Assembly: GCF_004010195.1 (NCBI RefSeq)
Contig: NC_057754.1
Location: 11,182,111-11,223,224, forward strand
DNA: 41,114 nt
Source: Chiloscyllium plagiosum
Taxonomy: Eukaryota
Direction: 5' to 3'
In this document: positions 34,481 to 41,114 of the stretch, in pieces
Layout of the letters: every line of letters starts with the position of its first letter
How positions within the stretch are numbered: position 1 is the stretch's first letter
Notes under the pieces: generated by a model
The model's input: the letters and a program-made list of their open reading frames with translations, nothing else
What the model was told of the DNA's origin: nothing
Databases searched by the model: none
Translations under genes and position numbers: made by a program

Positions 34481-35189
34481 TAGTAATACTTTGTCCAGCT
34501 ACAGACTGGCCAACATCAGCAGCTCCCAGGTTTGTACTGCAGTTGGTGGGCCTCTCTTTCCCGAGAATAAGTCCAGAAATGCGTCCCCCATCGTGGGCAG
34601 CAAGTGAAGGGGACAGTGAAGAAAAAAATACCTTTGGGAGGAAATCAATGAGTCCTTTGATTTCTGGTGAGGAGGGATAACCTGGACAGTGAGGATTCAG
34701 AAACATCCACTGCAGGTTGCAAACCCGGAGGAGCAAACTTTGTCGGTCCTGGGTTTGCGGCTTTTCCCGGGAGCAGGTCACTTTCCGGAGCATGCCACCG
34801 TGTTGGTGAAGCAAGAGCATCAAGATCCCTGCATTTGGGAGAGAAAATGATTGCTTCTCATTCAGTTTAATCCCATTGTGCACACCGAGGCTTGAGAACT
34901 GAAACCAGCCAGAGTAAAAGTAAGAAGGAAATGGTGAATCAAGACATGAAGAGCTTTGTACTTTTCTTTTTCAGGCTGTAAGGCATGGAAGTTTTGCGGA
35001 AGGATAGCTTCAAACTTGATGTCCAGATCTGATAACGTTTCTTGATTCAAGACATTTCAAATGTCACTATCACTGGAAAAGCAGTTGGATATTTACCAAT
35101 GAATGAGAGTGTTCCAAAGCACTGAGACCTGAAAGAGCTAAAAACATTGCACATTTCAGAGCAGGAGTGTGTGGATGAGGTATAACTGA

Positions 35190-35952
<763 letters not shown>

Positions 35953-36869
35953 AGATTGTCCTGTCACATCCAGCATTGACGGTCTGACAGTGTTGGGTTT
36001 GTTTCTGCTTGTTTTGACAACCTCTATAAATGGCTGGAGTTTCATGTTTTGAGTGTGTGACTAATTCTTTTAACGGCTGCAGTGTCCCATTTTAAAATCA
36101 TCATTTTTCTCCTTTAATCAAGAACTCTCAGTATTGGAATGCCTTTGCAATAAAATTGATGAACTTTTACTTCAATCTTAAATTGATCACAGGCACGTAT
36201 GATCATTTGGCCCATATACCTGCACTGCCTTTTATCTAGTCTGCTCTACTATCTAGTACCAATCATCTCCCTTTTCCCGTATTCGTGCACATAATTATTA
36301 TCCAAAAAAAGTCCAGTGCCCCCTTGAACGTCTCAATTGAACATACCTCTACCACATTTCCAGACAGTGCATTCTATGTCCCAACAGCTTGCTTTGCGAA
36401 AAAAAATTCTTCTCACATCACCCTTGCTTAATTTTAAAGTCACTTTAAATCATTAATCTTTGCAAATTCTACACTTCAGTGTCTGAAAGGTTCCACTGAT
36501 TGACATCTCTGATGAAAATGTGCAGAATAATCCTCTCTGACAATTCTTACTAATACATTGCAGTCATTGACACTTCGTTTTGAAATTAAATTATCAAGGA
36601 ATCATGGAATCAAATTGTGAAATATTTTACAGACTATCAATAAAAGCGTTATCAATAAAAGCCTCATCAATCAACACTGATACTGATGACATCTGGGAGT
36701 CACGAGGTTCAATTGTTTATGACCCAGCAGCAGCAACCTTTTGAAAAAGTGGATCCCAAGACAAAGATTGTATTGAGACCTGATCAGCAGCAGATGAAAA
36801 AAGCCCTTGTAGACAACATAAATCTAACAGCTAGAAACTGTATCAGTTAAAAGTTGCCAATTCAGAGAG

Positions 36870-36940
36870 ATACATAGAGTCATAGAGATGTACAGCATGA
36901 AACAGACCCTTCGGTCCAACCCGTCCATGCCGACCAGATA
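36870..36940 (-). mobile_element. CR1 3' tail remnant (a similar remnant lies at ~37710-37780)
   Basis: Reverse complement of the tail at 695-765. Confidence 0.75.
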
Positions 36941-38587
36941 TACAGTGCAAATAAACACTGTATCAATAATGGTCAGAATGCTGAGCTGCCTCTGACAGTG
37001 GAAATCTACGTGCTGTGTATGATGGGATTCTTGGTGCAACCATAACCCCCTGAGATCAGTAGATGGGGAAGTGCTCATCGACCAAAGATGGTCTGCTCTG
37101 TTGAACATTACTATTAATATACTATTGAACATACTCATATCAAACAGACATCTTCCTGTTTCTATTTGACACACTCCTGCAGCTTCCTGTCATGGTTGAG
37201 TTGAATGATGACCATCCTTCCCACTGCATCGCCTGAGGTGGTTGATTGCTGACCAAGTAGAAATCCCCTTCCATTAACTTCATAAAATCTTCAGAAATTT
37301 ATTGAATATTGTAAGAAAAGCTGTTTTGGGAATGAAGAAAACTTTATGGTAAACGAGTGCAGGGGAGTGCAGCCCAGTGGGCTCCAACTTTGTCTCAGCA
37401 CAAGATCACTTTGAATCTACCCCCAGAAAATAAAGAATAGATAGTTTATTTTTAGTGCTGTAAATCACTATAGATGATAATTCATTTTGTCCTCAACACA
37501 CTAAGTCTCAGTGTCACCCACTGAGGCTCTACCAGTGCCTTGAAATCTGAGTTGTGGCTTGAGACTGCTTGTTATGAACTGTTCGTCAAATAGGCATCCG
37601 ACAGGGGAATGCAATACGTGGACCTGATTATCTTCATTTGGGTGCATATGGTCTCCCAGACGTACGTGTAACCAGAGATATGTGGAACTAAACCACACTT
37701 TCGAAGCAGGTAGAGTCATACAGCATGGAAACAGACCCTTCCATGCAACTCGTCCAAGCCGATCAAATTTCCCAAACTAAACATGCTAGGGAGTGATTAT
37801 TTTTCTCTGTCTATGAGTTGCCAAAAATCACTGTCCCTTTATTTGACTTTCAGCTCAGTATCATTTTGGCAAAACAATTAACTCTGTATCAACTCCACTG
37901 CTTTTTAAATCAAATGTCTGATGGAATGTGGTGATCCAGCCACCAATGATGGCTTGAAGGAATGGATTTGCAATGGTCTTATTCTTTCCATTATTTCTTC
38001 TTTATCCTTAAAGTCTTTGAATAAATGGTCAGTGACACACAGTCATTGCTTTTTTCAAAAATGCATCACCATCTGTGAATGATTTGTGTTTTGCTAGAAG
38101 ATTCAATGCAGACTGCACGTTTTGCAACTGGTTTCAATAAAAGAAAATCAACTGGTGAGCTTTTAAAATAGTCTGCACCTTGCCAACATTCTTCGTCTGA
38201 AGCATGCTTTATAAGAAAAATCCTTGAATTTACCCTACATCGTTTTGTGGTCGGGCGTCAAATTCCCGTTTTTACTTATTAATATACGTTGGTGGAAATG
38301 TAAAGCATAACTTCTTATCATTTAATGTTATGAACCGAAATGTATTTTCTAAATCCATGAGGAAGTTGTCCATTTTGGGTTTCTTTTTAGATGGTCCAAG
38401 TTCATCACATCTTTTTTGCTCCCCGTTGTAGTTCATGACGTCACTCTGCCTCTGGTCACGCGGCAGGTCGGCTTTAGGATCTGATCCTCAGGAGCATCCA
38501 CAGTGTTGTGGGTTGCTTTCACACGTGGAGGCACAGGAGGTTACTTCTGTGGTTGAGATTTGTTTCCACAGCCCCTGGTCAGCTCAT

Positions 38588-38728
38588 ATTTAGATTTAGA
38601 TTTAGATTACCTACAGTGTGGAAACAGGCCCTTTAGCCCAACAAGTTCACACCGACCCTCCGAAGAGAAACTCAACCCCCTATATTTACCCCTGAATAAT
38701 CCACCAAAGGGGCAATTCAGCATGGTCA
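38588..38728 (-). mobile_element. HE1 SINE 3' fragment
   Basis: TTTAGA tail repeats followed by cagtgtggaaacaggcc. Confidence 0.8.
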
Positions 38729-38866
38729 TATGTTGGGTATGGCAACGACCACATAATTTTTCTTCATCCTGCACAGCTTCATATATCAGCTCCTTGTATA
38801 TTTGTAACTAACTTGCCACCAGGAAACCTGCTTTGTCGTGCAATTATAGTCTATCTCGACCAAACT

Positions 38867-39195
38867 GGGCAACACGGTAGCCTCACAGCACCAGGAACCA
38901 GGGTTCGATTCCAGCCTCGTGCAACAGTCCGTGTGGAGTTTGCACATTCTCCTCATGTCTACGTGCATTCCCTCTGGGTGCTCCAGTGTCCTCCACAATC
39001 CAAAGATGTGCAGGTTAGGTGAATTATCATGCTAAATTGCCCATCATGTTCATGGATTTGTAGGTTAGGTGCATTAGTCAGGGGTAAATGTAGAGTAGGG
39101 GAATGTGTCTGGATGGGTTACTCTTTGGAGGGTTGGTGTGGACTTGTTGGGCCAAATGGCCTGTTTCCACACTGTAGGGATTCTATGATTCTATA
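38867..39195 (+). mobile_element. HE1-type SINE
   Basis: GGTTCGATTCC B-box, core, ATTCTATG tail. Confidence 0.88.
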
Positions 39196-40379
39196 AGTGT
39201 AGTGCCAGAGGGCATGCTGGGAGCTTAACTATATAAACAGAGAACAAACGGGAAGAAACTTATGAAGTTGAAGCATATTGCTTGTAGTTTTGTTCATACC
39301 CTGCAGTCATTCCCCACGCTGGTTCAGACATGAATGACAAGAGGATCAGCATGTCAGAGACAGCATCAACACACAGACATAGTTCACCATTATTAGGACA
39401 GACATCGATTGTGAACAACCTCAGAGTGTCACAAGAAACAGAGAGTCGTGGTAGACCTGATAGGCTAAATGGCTTCTGTCTGTGTGGGACTGATGCCACG
39501 CGTTTATGCCATCCCTCTCCTTGTCCCTGGGACAGCACAGCTGAGGGAGAAACAATGGCACATGTTTAACCCTCCCTTCTGCGTTTGATTCTCTGCAGCC
39601 CTGCAGCACAGGGCCGTGGGGATGAGGCTCAGTGAGGAAGTGTTTCACTCAGTTCTCTTAATCTGTGCAGATAGGGGTCAGATGTTAACTGCTCCTCGGT
39701 CGCAGCAAAGAAACGCTCACTTTGCAAAAGACTTTCTGCAGGATTGCTGTGTGAAGACAAATTCTGGATACCAAGCTTGTAAGTAGAAAAAGAATGATTT
39801 AAGTGTCAGCCAGTGGAGAGAGCCCGGTCCCTGGCGAAGGTACAGATAGCAGCGTTGCGGGACAAAGGAGACAGAATGATAAGCAGATGTCCTGGAAACT
39901 CTTTGCTGCTTGGAATTCCTTCAGCAGAGTCTCAACTGGTTCAGCATTGGACAGCATGGGCTGGTTGTGGCTCTTTAGGCTAGGGGTATGACCTTTGCTT
40001 TGGGCGTTGTGTAGTGTTGCTGTGTGAGAGGTCCTGGAATCAAAGTTGGCTCAAGCGCTCATTTTTTGTCGCCATTTTTGCAGTAATGCCTAATGAAGCT
40101 GCCTGAAGAAGCAGCTTCATTAAATGAGATCAGACTGCCTGAAGTAGGGATGAGACAAAGCTATTATTGCACGAACACAGCAAAGGAAAACACTTGTTCA
40201 AAGTGAAAACAAGTGTTTCAGGTTGTTTGCCCACATAATCCGACTCTGAATAAATCCTCCAACTGCATTAGTGCTCAGTTCTGAATGTGAAACTTTAGGA
40301 AGTGGGGTAGTGGAGTGTTTGGAGCTGAACAGGTTCAGATGAATGGTGCCATTTATAACGAATGTCAGTGATGAAGATA

Positions 40380-40760
40380 GATTGGAAAGTTGGGACAGAT
40401 CTCTTTGGAGAACAGAAAGATGAAAGCTGATCTGATTGAAGCTTTCCGAGTCATGAGGGGTCTGAACAGAGGAAATAAGAGAGTGAAAATTCTCCCAGAT
40501 CTGAAACGATTGAAAACGTTGAGGCAGAAATTTAAAGTCTTTAGAAAAATAAATGAAATGAGGAAGAATGTTTTCACACAGGGAGTGATTAGGGTCTGTA
40601 AATCACAGTGATAAAGAGTAAGATTCAATGAGCCTAAAAGAAAAGTTTATGGTTGTGTTAAACGTAACAATGTGCAGAGAAGTCAAAATTTTGGAGAACC
40701 TCCCAGATAAAGTGGGCTGCATGGCCTTCGTCTGTGCTGTGAAAGTTTTCTGATTCAATA
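40380..40760 (+). mobile_element. Old CR1 LINE 3' fragment
   Basis: SLENRKMKADLIEAFRVMRG...RKNVFTQGVIRV. Confidence 0.7.
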
Positions 40761-40942
40761 TGAAGTCAAAGTTGGACCAACAAAATGTGGAAAGTTAAGC
40801 AAAATGTTTATTCTACGGAACAGAATATTACACAACAATGAATGTCTTTTGATATCATGCTGATAGGTACATACCATATGCCGGATGGAAAACTTCCTTT
40901 TGAATTACTAAGCAATTTTTTTACAGCTGTGTAGCTCAGGTG

Positions 40943-41014
40943 AGTGGAGTGGCGCAGTGGGAGCATATTGGATGTGTAACCCTGCGATCAATGAATCAAA
41001 GCAATCCTCTCCTG
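40943..41014 (+). pseudogene. Decayed initiator tRNA-Met gene
   Basis: 72-nt ungapped match to the remembered vertebrate tRNA-iMet (about 50/72 by hand); anticodon mutated; no CCA. Confidence 0.75.
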
Positions 41015-41114
41015 TGTGACAGTTCCAGGAGCACTCCAATTTGTTATGCTTCCACTAAGTAGATGCAAATGGAGATCTCATCTTGATACATGGACCAAGT
41101 TTACACAGCTGAGG

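Noticed and set aside
34377..34883. 168-aa minus-strand ORF
   Set aside because: No recognisable domain; lies over a GC-rich promoter/UTR-like region.
40914..40945. Possible 13-nt micro-exon (ttttacag|...cag|gtgagt)
   Set aside because: No gene context, and the donor overlaps the tRNA relic.

Overview
Eukaryotic, repeat-dense DNA from a cartilaginous fish, probably a shark (inferred from HE1-type tRNA-derived SINEs and HER1/CR1-type LINE tails), with three assembly gaps. Host-derived content: one C2H2 zinc-finger exon with 10 intact fingers (14626-15615), a decayed second ZNF gene (~35.2-35.95 kb) with a CpG-rich promoter, a KLF15-like processed pseudogene, and several decayed tRNA genes (27.2-28.4 kb and 40.9 kb). 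Mobile DNA: a full-length but dead Gmr1-like LTR retrotransposon (gag-PR-IN-RT-RH order, SCAN-like capsid, 1336-9679), a related solo LTR, many CR1 LINE pieces, SINEs, and Penelope-like elements carrying minimal hammerhead ribozyme motifs. The most unusual element is not visible as a single ORF: a minus-strand relic at 15711-18535 encoding a furin site, a fusion peptide and a ~420-codon F-type class I fusion ectodomain with a TM segment, followed by a polypurine tract and an LTR. It looks like the 3' end of an enveloped retroelement (lokiretrovirus-like or env-bearing LTR element). All family assignments were made by eye from remembered motifs; no database searches were run.
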